64,000 nt of DNA from Octopus sinensis (GCF_006345805.1 NC_043005.1:90706001-90770000); one strand, 5' to 3'; shown: positions 25,937-40,485, counted from the stretch's first letter. The notes: generated by a model from the letters alone, not told the origin. A program made the numbers and translations.

Positions 25937-26896
25937 CATTATCATTTTGCCCCTTTATGTTTTCTAATCATGTGTGTCAGCCCTTGTGGCCAATAAAAAA
26001 GAATGAATTATTATTATTATTATTATTATTATTGTAAGTTTCTGCATGATTTGGCCCAGGTGGCTGCCGGTATACTTCGACCGTGATTGATTAGCCTAGT
26101 TTAATGAAATCATAATGGACCACACCTGCGCTAAATCACCAAACACACACCATCAGCTTCTTTTGATGAATTTTGCTTTTTGGACTGTGGTTTGGTGGCT
26201 CGTCTTTGTCCATCAATGGTACTGAACGTTTACGGTTGTTGTATCGGATCCATTTCTTATCACGTTACAATTCGATTCAAAAATGATTCATTTTTTGTGA
26301 CGAGAAAGTAGCATAATGCAAGGCTTCCAAACGTTGCTGTTTCTGATTTTCATTGAGTTCATGTGGAACCCACTTATCCAACTTTTTCACCTGACCGATT
26401 TGAACTAGGTGAGTCAATATTGCCTGTTTGCTAACACCAAACAAGGATAATTCATAGGCACTTTGAGATGGATCTGACTCGACGGTGGCTGTCAGATCGT
26501 CATTATCCACTTTTGTTTCTGGTCGACCGCGTTGCTCATTTGTGAGGTCAAAGTTACCAGAACGAAATTTGACAAACCAATTTGATACTGTCTGCTGTGT
26601 AATAACATTAGAATGAAATACTCCATTAATATTCCGAGCTGTCTGTGACGCTGTATTTCCAAGAAAAAGCTCATATTTCAAAACTGTGTGAATTCCCGAC
26701 TTATCCATCTCCAAACAAAACCAGCAAAAAACGATTTATAAATACTTTATAAAGAGCAAAATGAGTTAGAATAAACTAATAGATGCGTCAGCTTTCTAAC
26801 AAAAAATAAGATTCTCAAAATATAATAATGGCACAAAATGAACAGCTGTCAAAGTATACCATATACCTGACTACAAATTACATACTTGACGACCTA

Positions 26897-26897
<1 letters not shown>
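25460..26897 (-). mobile_element. Full-span degenerate mariner element
   Basis: Imperfect 27-bp TIRs (TTAGGCTGTCAAGTATGAAATTTGTCG and TTAGGTCGTCAAGTATGTAATTTGTAG), TA TSDs, WVPHEL and YSPDL motifs, frameshifts. About 1.27 kb after removing the internal ~170-bp insertion. Confidence 0.93.
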
Positions 26898-26945
<48 letters not shown>

Positions 26946-26946
<1 letters not shown>

Positions 26947-27130
26947 CTAAAAATGTGTGTCTGTCTGTCTGTGTGCCTCTAAAATGGGTGCATCCCTAAA
27001 ACTCAAGAACTACCCAACCGATTTCATTCAAATTTTAGACATGTCTTATTTAGGATTCATGCAGTGTCATAGGCCAAAAAAATTTTCAAATTGTCTAATG
27101 CGAGCCCGGAGCAATCTCTTATCTCTTATA
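26946..27130 (+). mobile_element. Possible Helitron-related non-autonomous fragment
   Basis: (CTGT)n followed by AACTACCCAACCGATTTCATTCAAATTT, a layout seen in such elements; ends not found. Confidence 0.3.
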
Positions 27131-27224
27131 CTATTTCAGTATTACGTGTCAAACGTGAAACAATAACATCTCTCTGTAATGTGAGATAATACTTTCAGTT
27201 TTAATTGTGAGATTATTAATACTT

Positions 27225-27561
27225 TCACTATGTATGTATGTATTTGTTTCATTTCTATTACTTTCACTATGATATATTTATGTATATATGTGTATCTATG
27301 TATATGTATGCTTGTATATGTATGTATGTATATGTATGTATACATATATATGTGTATATATATTTATGTATATATATACATATTTATGTATGTATATTTA
27401 TGCGTATATATATGTATATTATTGTATATATGTATATATGTGTATATATATGTATATATATATATATATGTATGTGTGAGTGTATACATGTGTATATATA
27501 TGTGTGTGTATATAGATATGTAAATATATATATATATATATATATATGTATATGTATATGT

Positions 27562-27633
<72 letters not shown>

Positions 27634-27703
27634 GTATATATATGTGTGTATGTATATATTATATATATATGTATATATATATGTGTGTGTATATGTATGT
27701 ATG

Positions 27704-27751
<48 letters not shown>

Positions 27752-27785
27752 CATACATATATGTGTGGGTATGTATGTATATAGT
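27225..27785. repeat. Long degenerate (TA)/(TATG)/(TG) microsatellite
   Basis: Low-complexity tract that generates several spurious ORFs. Confidence 0.95.
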
Positions 27786-27885
27786 GCAAGGTTGACTGAG
27801 TTAGCTATTTGCTTCCCAAGTACATGGTTTTGGGTTTAATCACGCTGCGTGGCTCCTCGGTCAACCTGAGCAAAGCCTTTTGTGT

Positions 27886-27982
<97 letters not shown>

Positions 27983-28503
27983 TGCGTGCATGTACCTTAG
28001 ATTCTTTTCACACACACTAGAAAGAAAATCAACCACAAAACTTGATACATACTAGCAAACACATCTACGAACACAGATACACTCATCTGCCCACACGCAC
28101 GCATACACGCATACACACACACACACACACACACACACATGCGCACACACACACGCATGCGCGCGCACCAATTCAAATAACCAAGTAGTTAGCAAGACTC
28201 ACTTTTATTCATAGTAACATTATATAACTCTCTCTATGTATTATATGGGTGTATGTATGTATGTATGTATGTATGCATGTTTCTTGGCTTTATTTTTCGA
28301 ATTTTTCACCAATGGAGAAAGCCGGTTTCTAGCCTAGAAATATGACCCTCTCGTTGGAATTTAGAGATTTGCAAGCGAAGCAGTCTTGTATGTAAATATA
28401 AATCTAAGTGAATGTACGAGTTGCCAGAAAAATTCTTTCGTTTCTTCCTTTCCGATGTTATTAAAATTAACACGAAATAAATTTGTTTTATCGTAGCGTT
28501 TTA

Positions 28504-28587
<84 letters not shown>

Positions 28588-28629
28588 TGTGTGCGTGCGT
28601 AGCTCTATTCTGTCTTTACAATCTTTGTC

Positions 28630-29097
28630 GTTTTTGAAAAGTGCCAAGTAGGCAAAAGAAGAAAAAAAATGAAAAACAAGCATTTTCGATTTTTCAGTTA
28701 AGGTTCCAAAGCTGCTTGATGCGTTTGTGTTGTAGGCACGGTTACTGAAAAAAACTGCTTGGAGGGGAAATTCTATTTCACAGACTTTCCGCCTTCCAAC
28801 TGACCTGTTCAGTTCAATAAGGATCGATCGAAGGAGCTCATCCACGAGGGTCCGCGACAACCCCCCAGGGAATTGGTCCAGTAGATAGGAGGCTCTCATG
28901 ATACCGCTGCCCATCATCCTGACTCGAAGGGTAAACTCCAAAAGCTTGGTGCACGGGTAGCACACATCACTGCCAGTTTGCTTCCGCTACACCAGACTAT
29001 TCATGGACAGAAACGGATATTTCTTTACCGCATCGTCTCTGGCGATGAAGATTGGTGTATTTACGTCAATATGAAACAGAGGAAAGAATAGCTGAAC
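28630..29097 (+). mobile_element. Degenerate mariner transposase 5' half
   Basis: KHFR...PVQFNKDRSKELIHEGPRQPPREL...GKLQKLGARVAH...FLYRIVSGDEDWCIYVN corresponds to the HTH region and first catalytic Asp. Confidence 0.75.
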
Positions 29098-29249
29098 ATG
29101 TATGTATGTACGAATTCATGTATGCATGCATGCATGTATGTACGCATGTATGTATGCATACATGTATGCATACATGTACGTATGCATACATGTATACATA
29201 CATACATACATACATACATGTATGCATGTATGTAAGTATGTATGTATGT

Positions 29250-29565
29250 ACGTCAACAAACTACAGGGTTTTCCCTCGACAGTGTTAGTTGGTCCCACAG
29301 ACGCCTTCTGCGGGGAAGGTTAGTGCGTGACCTTTGTCTTCTGAATACTAATTGTGAGGCCAAAATTGCTGCAGGAAATGGAAAAGCAGTTCATGCTCTG
29401 CTGCATCAGGTCCTCTGTAGCGACGTTGAGTGCGCAGTCATCTGTGAACAAGAAGTCGTGCACCGAGTCCTCTTCCACCTCAGTCTTGTCCTGTAGCTTC
29501 TACAGATTGAAGAGTCTGCCATCAGTCCTGAATCTGATTTTGATGCTGGTTTCGTCGTTGAAAAT
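29250..29565 (-). mobile_element. RTE-clade RT fragment
   Basis: IRFRTDGRLFNL*KLQ...FLFTDDCALNV...FGLTISIQKTKV. Confidence 0.85.
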
Positions 29566-30014
29566 TACCTGGCAAGACAAGGTCCCAGACACAGAGGTCC
29601 TTTCTTGAGCTGATCTGCCAAGTATTTACACACTGCTGAGGGGAGTGTAAATCAGGTGGGCAGGCCACCTTGTTCGAATGCCTGACTACGCGACTCTCCA
29701 AAAGAGTGTTCCACAGCAAATTGACAGAAATCTAAAGTTACAGTTGAAATGGAGCAACTGCAGATATTAAGGGTGTGGTGTGTAGTGGGATCGCATCGTT
29801 AAAAGGAAACCAATATTAGCCATCTAATTTCACAACAATGGCGAAAAGAACGCCTTCAGACACAAGGTCAGCAAATTTGAGGGGAAGGTGTCTATCGATA
29901 TAATCAACCTCACTACTTCACTGGTACTTTATTTAATAGATTCTGGAGGACTGAAAGGGAAATTTAATTTCGGTGGGGTTTAAATTCAGAATGTAAAGAG
30001 GTGGACCAATACAT

Positions 30015-30381
30015 ACCAACCACATGGTTCCGGGTTCAGTCTCACTGCGCTGCACCTTGGGCAAGTGTCTTCTACTGTAGCCTCGAGCCGACCAAAGCCT
30101 TGTGAGTGGATTTGGTAGACGGAAACTGAAAGAAGCCCGTCGTATATATGTATACATGTGTGTGTGTGTGTGTATGTTTGTGTGTCTGTGTTTGTCCCCC
30201 CAACATCGCTTGACAACTGATGCTGGTGTGTTTACGTCCCCGTAACTTAGCAGTTCGGCAAAACAGACTGATAGAATAAGTGCTAGGCTTACAAAGAATA
30301 AGTCCAGGGGTCGATTTGCTCGACTAAAAGGCGGTGCTCCAGCATGGCCGCAGTCAAATGACTGAAACAAGTAAAAGAGTA
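30015..30381 (+). mobile_element. SINE family B (head-truncated)
   Basis: Reverse complement of 10661-11064. Confidence 0.85.
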
Positions 30382-30661
30382 AGTATTTTGTCCAACGTGC
30401 CAAGGATTCTGCCAGCTGGCCTGTTTCGCGAAGACGATAGAAGTGCAGAAAAAGCGAGCGAAAAACGGAGGAGGAAGAACAAAGACGAGACTATGAACGG
30501 GGAGACGAAGAGGGGTGCCGCGGTGGCGGTCACTTTCTCTGTTCCCACCCCCACCGCAATAACAGTAGTGGGATGGAATGGCGATGATAATGATGACGAT
30601 GACGAAGATGAAGATGATAGGAAAAATTGGGATTATTTTTTTATTGATATTTATGTTTATA

Positions 30662-31075
30662 GGTGAACGTATAGCTGGCAGAGCACACCGGGCGAAATGC
30701 TTAGCGGTATTTCGGCTGCCGCTACGTTCTGAGTTCAAATTCCGCCGAAGTCGACTTTGCCTTTCATCCTTTCGGGGTCGATAAATTAAGTACCAGTTAC
30801 GCACTGGGGTCGATATAATCGACTTAATACCTATGTCTGTCCTTGTTTGTCTCCTCTGTGTTTAGCCTCTTGTGGGTAGTAAAGAAATGGGTATTTCGTC
30901 TGCCGCTACGTTCTGAGTTCAAATTCCGCCGAAGTCGACTTTGCCTTTCATCCTTTCGGGGTCGATAAATTAAGTACCAGTTACGCACTGGGGGTCGATA
31001 TAATCGACTTAATCCGTTTGTCTGTCCTTGTTTGTCCCCTCTGTATTTAGCCCCTTGAGGGTAGTAAAGAAATAG
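30662..31075 (+). mobile_element. SINE family A, head-body-body dimer
   Basis: Body repeated twice in tandem. Confidence 0.88.
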
Positions 31076-31469
31076 GTGAATGTATTGATACTTATGCCAG
31101 ATGAAGAAAGAAATAATAAGAATAGTTGGGAAAAGAATTGAAGAGCAGTTAGTGGCAATGATGATAGAGGTGGTGGTGATGGTGGGGAAGAGCGGTACAT
31201 TTGTGGGGGAGAGACAGAAGTTTGATGACGAGAGAGTCAATTTAATAAGCGTTACTGAAAGACATTGAAAATGAATACCAATACAGAGCGCGCGCGTACA
31301 AATACATACACATAAATGCACAGAACACATTCTCATAACTGTGCATCCTTTTGTGCCAGGATATGTATTTGTTCATGTGTGTGTGTGTGTGTGTGTGAAT
31401 GATAGAGAGAGAGAGTTGAATAAATAAAAAAAAAAGAAGAAATATGTATGTATGCGGATATATACATAT

Positions 31470-32187
<718 letters not shown>

Positions 32188-32348
32188 GTTTCTTTATTAG
32201 CCACACAGGGCTGCACACAGATAGAACAAATTACAAGGTAGAGCTTTTCTTTTGAAGGTATTAAAAAAAAAAAAAAAAAAAAGGAAGGGGGAGGTTCGAT
32301 CAAAAGGGATCGTAAAAGGAGAGAAAGAGGACAAAAATAAGGGGGGTA

Positions 32349-32380
<32 letters not shown>

Positions 32381-33880
32381 GAGGAAAAAAAAAATGATCA
32401 ATAGGGATCGTTATCACAGAAATGTCAATATGAAGTGTAAAGGGGAGGACAGGTGAGGTTTACCCGTGGAAAGAAAAGCCTGCAGAAAAGACCACGGTAA
32501 CCTCGGTCAATGAAGTCACATTTTATATTTCTTTTTTTTTTTTTTTTGCAAATAAGCAACTCTCTGTTTTCGATAGGATATGCTCAAGGTGGCTTCGTCA
32601 TTCATACGTGCCATTCTTGCTACATTCACCATCTTTTTTTAAAACATTCGCTAGACAAAACTGCCTCTCTACTCTCACTTTCCTTTTCAAGTGGTACTTG
32701 AAGAAGTTGATGAGAGATTGACCAGAGAGGAAAGTGTTTGTCTCCAATCCTTTCAGACGCGTCCACCAGATACATTCTTTCGCCATAGCCACAAGGATGA
32801 TGAAAATAGCTCTTCCTTCCCGTTTGAAGGAAGGAGGCGTGACAATATTGACGATAGACTCAGCTGATAAACCGACTCGTCCACACGTGACAGCAGTTGT
32901 TCGACATAAGCCCACAGGTCGGAAATTGTTGGACACTGAACGAGTGCGTGCAGAACGGTTTCGTCGCTCTGACCGCATCTCGGGCAGGTCGGCCCCGTGT
33001 TTCTCGAGCCGTGTCTGTAGAGCTTATCCCGAACGGGTAGCGCTTCTCGGTAGCACTGCCAGGCCAGGGATCTCTGGAAGTTGTCCATGGGCCCTGGCCC
33101 GAAAGTCGTCCCGAACAGGCGGGTCAGGTACTCCTCGTCGACGTCCAGGTTCGCCCCGAGCTCGTCGTCGTACCTCCCCTCCACTAAACCCCTATAGAAT
33201 GCTTTGGTTGTGTTGAAGTCACTTAAGGTCGACCCAGGACGGCAGAGTTGCTTGAGAGCAACGCGACACTCGCGGTGCCATTCGCCCTTCCTCGGCCTCT
33301 TTTTGATCCACGACTGCAGTTCGGTCATGGAGACGAGCTGCGGGAAAGCGTGCCTCACAAACGGCGACCACACCTGTTCACCGTCGTCTACATAGAGCCA
33401 GAGATGTCGCAGTCTCAGCGCGTGTCTGCGCATCATCAACCACGGCATGCCCAGCCCTCCTTTTAACGGGTGTTGACAGCAAATGGATCGCCTGACCATC
33501 GGGACGCATCCTTTCCACAAGAAGCGAAAGAGGATGCGTTGTAGTTTGGTGATGGTAGGGTCGGGACAAGGTACGACGGTCAGGCGGTAGTAGATGACGG
33601 ACGCGATGTACGTGTTCGCCACCTCCGCTCGACCTTTTAGGGACAGTTTCCTCTCGGCCCATTGCCGGGCGAGAGTGACCACCCTACTCGTTATCTCGTT
33701 CCAGTTCTTCTCCACTTGGAGGTCCGGACCAAACCAGACCCCGAGCAACTCAACCGGGCCGTCGGTCCAGCGTCCCACGACGGCCCGGTTGAGTTGCTCG
33801 GGGTCTGGTTTGGTCCGGACCTCCAAGTGGAGAAGAACTGGAACGAGATAACGAGTAGGGTGGTCACTCTCGCCCGAAAC
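32188..33880 (-). mobile_element. 5'-truncated Tx1/L1-group LINE in a (GATA)n array
   Basis: VELLGVWFG...LSLKGRA...GGLGMP...CPRCGQSDETVLHALVQC (post-RT region and CCHC knuckle); frameshift near 32880; 3' AATAAAAGAAAC directly joined to (ATCT)n. Confidence 0.88.
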
Positions 33881-34031
33881 AGATAGATAGATAGATAGAT
33901 AGATAGACAGACAGGCAGGCAGGCAGGCAGGCAGACAGACAGACAGAAGACAGATAGATAGATAGATAGATAGATGGATAGATAGATATATTATAAGTAT
34001 ATAGATATGTGCATGTATATATATATATATA

Positions 34032-34074
<43 letters not shown>

Positions 34075-35176
34075 ATACATATACATATATCGATATATAC
34101 GCATATGTGTGTGTATGTGATTATATATGCAGTCGTATATGGAGGTGTGAATGCGTGGGGGTGCGTGCGTGCATACGATTTGTTGTGGAATCAGATCAAG
34201 GTTTTTTTAACTAAACACACACACGCACGCCCACACACGCGCATACGCACACGGGTACACACACAAACACACTCATACATGCAAAGGCAAATGGCAAATA
34301 CATTAGATGTACCCACAGTCAGACGCGAAATTCTTGCCATTAGTTTATGCGTTGTGTGAGTGATTGCTTTCCTGTAAACTTTCATGAGCTGATGATACGC
34401 GCCTGTAAATGTACATGTGTGTTTAGACGAGTGTCAGTGTAAGTGTGCAGTAATGTGCAAGTCTGTGTGCGCACTCACTCGAACATCAGCCAAACTTTCT
34501 CGTTAAAACACAAAACAGAAAATTAGGCAAAAGGCGAGTGTCGTGTTTCGTTCAAGATCTCCAAATCTGGGCTGAGACGAGATTGCATTACGAAAAAAAA
34601 TGGTTCCTTCCGTTAAACCTAACTGCACTTCTTTATTACAGGTGTTGCATGTCACCTGTGTATTATAAGAAACTAAATGAGAAAAACACTTTCTCGGGTA
34701 ATATGGCATTAGTCGGATGGTTGTTGTCACAGTTAAAATCTGGCGGTGCATAAGTCCTCAATATTAAGAGATGAAATGATATCTAATAAACTCGTAATAA
34801 CGAGGATATTTGTTTATCAGTGGAGGTACTACTCCACTGTAACCAGAGTAGTAATGGGTAGTAGTAAATTATGGACTATATTAGTACTAACGTGTTCCTT
34901 ACCAGCAATCCATCAAATAATTATTTTCTACTCTAGGCACAAAGCCCGAAATCTTGGGGGGAGGGGGCCAGTCGATGGATCGACCTCAGTACGCAACTGG
35001 TACTTAATTTATCGACCTTGAAAGGATGAAAGGCAAAGTCGACCTCAGCGGAATTAGTATCCCATCAAATATTATATATATGTACCCACACCACACCCAC
35101 GCATATATCTATATTTATCTATCTGCAAATATATATAATATATTATAATATTATATTACACTCACTCACTCACTCA

Positions 35177-35209
<33 letters not shown>

Positions 35210-35233
35210 TTGTTCTATCTATCTATCTATCTA

Positions 35234-35369
<136 letters not shown>

Positions 35370-36138
35370 GGTAAAATTAATCAATTAATTAATTAATTAA
35401 TAATTAATAATTTTACCAAGTAGTTCGGGATGTGAAAAGAACCATTATCGGTAAACATAAAGAAATTTTTTTATAATTATGAATATAGTTATAATTAGGG
35501 TTCGGCAAAAATTTGCTTCACCATATACCGAAATTTAGAAATAGCAGTTAAAACTATTTCACTACCATAAGAAAATCTCCCAGACAGCAATACTCAAAAA
35601 CCCACGCAGGTAACGAGTCTTTTCTGTGCATTTTCTTTATTTTTACGTTTGTATGTGGTTTTATGGGTGTGAATAATTCATAACGGTAGTTATATTTTGC
35701 TCACTTATGTACACACGTGATCTTGTGCATATGTTTGTTCCGCAAAACCGAAAAAGAAGATCCCTGGAATGTTTCATAAGTCTTCTCTGTATCATTCATC
35801 CATTATAGTTGAGGATGTGAGTCAATTTGCTTTGCCCTTGGTTGAAAAAAACCCCTGGCATTTCTAGCTTCTGTGCAAGTATGATACTCAGTCCACCCAC
35901 GATAACGATACAAATGAAAACCGATTTTCTAGAGACTAGATCTGTAAGTTCCGCATTAGTTCATCATAGATTTTTTTTTTTTGTCCCCCAGTTTTAGACA
36001 AGACATTCACATCTCCTGGGCAGCTGACCTCTAGAACAGTGCATTACTATAGGTTTCTGCGCCATAGAATAACAGCGTGAATGCTGTGTTTGTACCGGCA
36101 TGCTGTTTTTATTGGAATATTCTGCAAGTATTCCTTAC

Positions 36139-36469
36139 TTTCAAAGGCGTGGATGCCTCTGTTTCTAGATTGCTTTGGGCATGACAGTCATTGCAATCTT
36201 TCTCGCAAAGAGCATTATAAATAGGTTTGACAACAATGTCACATAACACATGAAGGTAGTACCTTGCGGTGATTTTGCCGATGCAAGTGATATCTTCCAC
36301 ACAGTTATGGCACAATAGACATATTCTATCGCAATCTGTCAGCTTGTATAAGTATTTAGCAGTTGTCTCCTGTTCCTGAATTTGCGAAGGCGTAATCTTC
36401 TGAGTGGAATGTGATATTTCTATCAGAGCACCGACAGAGGCTACACTTCTTGTCAATGTTGTTGGTATC
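36139..36469 (-). CDS. Internal coding exon of an unidentified gene
   Basis: ctacag|G...TTGAAA|gtaagg; 331 nt, 110 open codons, Cys-rich (CDRICLLCHNC...CEKDCNDCH); no transposon motifs recognised. Confidence 0.6.
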
Positions 36470-36563
36470 CTGTAGTTTATGGGATAGGAACTGAAGCATA
36501 ACTTTGTTTATATTTTGAGCGTTTTACCTCTAATTTATGCTTGACTAGGCTAGTTTTGCTAAC

Positions 36564-36618
36564 CTTGGATCACACCGAACAGCTATATATTCAGCGTACC
36601 TATTCAAGAGTTCTTCAC
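36564..36618 (-). CDS. Candidate exon upstream of 36139-36469
   Basis: Reads GEELLNRYAEYIAVRCDPR; AAG|gttagc donor, 94-nt intron, phase-compatible; weak acceptor. Confidence 0.3.
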
Positions 36619-36662
36619 CTAGTCTCAAGAGTATTATTTTTACTCTGAGGATATTATTTTTA

Positions 36663-36886
36663 CTCTGTTGTGTCTGGGGAGAGTCATTTTCTTTTTGTGC
36701 TTTATAACGTAACACACTCACCGGTAAAATTTCCACTTTTTTCTTAATTTTATTTTCCTAAAATTTTCGTTGTGTCTTGCAACCTTTTCAATAGTTTAAA
36801 AATAAGAAAAAATGGAAATTTTACCGGTGAGTGTGTTACATTATAAGGCACACAAAAAAAAATGACTCTCCCCAGACACAACAGAA
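36663..36886. mobile_element. Fold-back MITE (Tc1/mariner-type), ~85-bp TIRs
   Basis: TCTGTTGTGTCTGGGGAGAGTCA...CACTCACCGGTAAAATTTCCA inverted at both ends; TA flanks. Confidence 0.88.
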
Positions 36887-37049
36887 TATGCTTCAACACA
36901 CGAACTCATATAAAGAATCTTGCAAACCAAATCCCAAAACGAAATTATTTTTACTGTTTTTTCCTGAGATGTACTCATTTCTTTTTTTAATGTTCAATAG
37001 GCGTTGTATGAATAATATGATGGGACTAAGCACTGCCTCCTTCCCTTCG

Positions 37050-38250
37050 TTTAACGAAGACTAGATCAATTTCCACTTTATATTTTCAATTTTTATAACT
37101 CTAGTTTAGATGAACAAAATCATCACCACTATGATCAAATTCATCCAAAGAAAAACTATTTAGTAAATTTCAGTCGTAGTTATGCATCGAGATGTCGTAG
37201 TTCAGATCTCTTTACGTAGAATGTTTCATAATCATACGACATTAGTAAGACTGATCTAATACCTTGTGATGTTGCTTTTGTAAAGCTACAATTATTGCTG
37301 AAAAGAAACTTTTTGGCTTATTGATCGATTTAAATTTTTGGTCAAGCGAAAATAGTCTCATTCAAGTACATTATACAATCGCTAAAGTTTCTCTTTCAAT
37401 TGTTGAGTATCTTGCTTCAGCTGCGGTTAATGTTCTTAACAAATATAATGTAAAATGGAGCTCTTGTGAAAGTATTTCTGGTGTATATTTTTTTCACTTG
37501 CAGCATTTGAGATTAGCTGTTTTGTTTGTTTGTTTTTGTTGTTGTTGTTGTTGTTGTTGTTTTGTGCTATCACAAACCTAGGCCGTTGGCTTTGATACCA
37601 ACATCATTTGTATATGCTCAAATATCTTTTATTGTTAGACTTTTCATGGAAATGGATACCACATTTATGAAATGATGCAAGTAACGATATTACATTCAGA
37701 GAGAGCAATAATACTCAGACCGTATCAATTAGATATTTAAACCTTTTAATGACCAATAAATCTCTCAGAAATTTAGAAGTTCGAGAAAATATTTTAATTC
37801 ACTCTAACGACCTGCAGATATGTTTTCTTTTATCAGTCTTTATTCCTAAAAAGACAATTCTTCACCTTTTAACACATAATCGGCTCGATCGATCACTATG
37901 CTTGATAATTCCGATCTCTTTATGACATTATCTAACTTATCTACCAAATTTTCGACAGTTTTAGCACTAACACATGTATGATGATATCGGCAAACAAAAA
38001 CTAGGCCAGTATCTCTACCAACAAAATGTTCAATTGTTTTTAAAACACAACGCTGGCTCTTTTAATTCCATGTGGAAGAAATGTCCATCTTAAAAAGGCA
38101 TATTGATGTATTAATCCTTATAACGTCTTTTACTTTAGGACATTCTGCCTGATAAAATATCCCATTCAAATCCATGTTAACAAAACAATTCATGCGAGAC
38201 TGAGAATGACATATCGATTCAATATTTGGGGTTAGATGAGATTTTGAACA
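37050..38250 (-). mobile_element. Heavily decayed Gypsy-type pol fragment (RT-RNase H)
   Basis: LRTLTAAEARYSTIERETLAIV*, LMSYDYETFYVKRSELRHLDA*LRL and LPHGIKRASVVF match Gypsy RH/RT motifs; boundaries approximate. Confidence 0.6.
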
Positions 38251-38464
38251 ATTTTTTTCATTTATACTTCTATAGTCTCTATAAAGTCTCTATAAGACGG
38301 ATCTTCATCTGCCTTTCGCTCAATCACTAAAGCAGAGATTCATTTGCTCGTCTCGAAAAGAAATTCTTCTAAAAATATCTTTACTAATTAGTTACTCTAG
38401 CCTCGCTAAAACTTTAAAGTTTCATGTGTATTGGCATGGAATTGGCCCATTTCCTTTGAGAATG

Positions 38465-39120
38465 TTAGTCTTCCTTCCATCCATCCATCCGTCCATCTTC
38501 TCCGTTCACAGTTCCTGGGAGGGTCGTGGAGGTAGAGTCCTCAGGTACCTCCTCCATAGGATCCTATCAGAAGCAACCGTAATTAAACTTTCTGGTGACA
38601 TTCCCATTCTTGACAAAGAGAAACAATGGATATTTTCCAACCATTTCGTCCTTGGTCTGCCCCTAGATCTTCTGCCGGTTGGCTCTGCATGAAGAATCTG
38701 TCTGACGATTCTATCTTATTTCTTTATTACCCACAAGGGAGGGGACAAACAAGAACAGACAAAAGGATTTAAGTTGATTACATCGACCCCAGTATGTAAT
38801 CGGTACTTAATTTATGGACCCCGAAAGGATGAAAGGCAAAGTCAACCTCGGCAGAATTTGAACTCAGAACGTAACGGCAGACGAAATACCGCTGAGCGTT
38901 TCGCCCGGTGTGCTAACGATTCTGCCAGCTCGCCACCTAGAATCTGGCGACTTTATCTTGCGACATTCTAATCACATGTCCGTAGTACCGGAGCTGTGAC
39001 CTCTCAATACGGTGAAGTAGCGACTCGACCTTCAGAGACTCGCTCATCACCGAACTACGCACCGAACTACGCACTCTGTCGAGTAACGTTACTCCAGCGA
39101 TCCTACGGATGAATTCCATT
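38465..39120 (-). mobile_element. RTE 3' fragment interrupted by a family A SINE (38716-38938)
   Basis: MEFIRRIAGVTLLDRVRSS...IERSQLRYYGHVIRM, resuming after the SINE as ILHAEPTGRRSRGRPRTKW. Confidence 0.85.
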
Positions 39121-39332
39121 TCGTTAAACTATAAGTTACAAGTGTTAACTTATAGTTTAACGTTAATATTATCGAGCTTCACGGTGATGTTAGTAATAGT
39201 TTTAGGTCGATTTCATAAATATTTGCAGAATCTTCATTTTCAATTCCTTCAAATAGTTTTGTGAATTTATATACTGCAGAACATTTTCGCAGTGCATCGC
39301 TACATCCAGAAAAAATGACATTTAGAATCATA

Positions 39333-39726
39333 CTAGCAGTATCGCCCGGCGTTGCTCGGGTTTGTTTCGACCCTTTAGAATTGGAATTTTTGAAAAGTAA
39401 AAATGTTGCATTATGTAGCTTGTTATTCTCTTTAAGTGAACATTTTTCTGGTTGAAATACACCGAAAAATGGCGACAATGCAGTCAAAACATCGTAAAAA
39501 ATAGGGATTTTCATAGAAAAAAAAGCACCTTTTTGATGTAAATAATTTTTTGTGCTAACATGGTCCAATTTGAATTTTTTTCTTTTACGGAAGGAAGAGC
39601 AAGCCTTCTTCTATCATACTCTCAATTTTGGTCAACTTGCGCCGCAGGGTCTCGGAGGAGATAATGTTAGTTGAAGGCTACCAAACCTGCCATACACAGA
39701 CAACTTCAGCTTTATATATAGAGAGA
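39333..39726 (-). mobile_element. Non-autonomous Helitron, copy 3 (best preserved)
   Basis: TC start; GAGCAACGCCGGGCGATACTGCTAG end; A|T target. Confidence 0.85.
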
Positions 39727-40485
39727 TTTATAATTATTTCTATTAATATATGGTACAGTGATATCGTCAAGATTACAATTACTTTCTAAATTTTTTTTTA
39801 AATATCTAAAAGTTAGAAATCATTTCAAATTGTTGAATAAATTGAATGCATCCATTTAGGTTCCAACTACGTGATGGAAAACATATTGTTATGTTTCACA
39901 CGATGCTCAGCATACCATGTAAGAGTAAAATTTGAATCGTATGTTATTCAGCATTCATAATTTAGTTTTAATTCTATCGAGTTCGTAAAACAAGCTGACT
40001 CGTGTTATCTTTGAAAATAGCTTCGAATAGAATCGATTAGATTTTGACGTTATAAGAATTTGACCCTTTTAAAAATTGTAATTTTCTTTCGAAAACACAC
40101 TGGTGACATTGTCATAGATCCTATACTGCTAATATTCATTATTTCATGTTCTAGGGGATTCACCATTATCGAAACTTGTCACATGATTACATAAAAAGCA
40201 ATCTGTCATTTGACTTTTGTCCTTGATTTACTAGTAAAGAACGACAGCAAATCTGAAGAATTTTATTAGTAACCGACAACATGAAGGTATTGTTCATTGT
40301 TTGTTCAAATAGTTTTTATGGCACGTACCGTAGATGCCTTATCCAGCTAAATAATTAAACTGCTTCCTCGAACTAAATAATCTCGGTTACGTGAAAGCAT
40401 GGAAAATGCACGCAATAAAATTAGCACAACAGTGATATCGGAATAGTACTGAACGAGTCAATTTTATCATTCAAGGTTTCTTATC

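Noticed and set aside
28501-28965. 154-aa minus-strand ORF
   Set aside because: It is the antisense of a degenerate mariner transposase plus a microsatellite.
33778-33886. N-terminus of the 357-aa ORF and overlapping ORFs 33594..33851 and 33662..33886
   Set aside because: These are produced by the fold-back duplication and are not native protein sequence.
37263-37297. 35-nt minus segment with good splice signals
   Set aside because: It lies in frame within the decayed Gypsy RNase H sequence.
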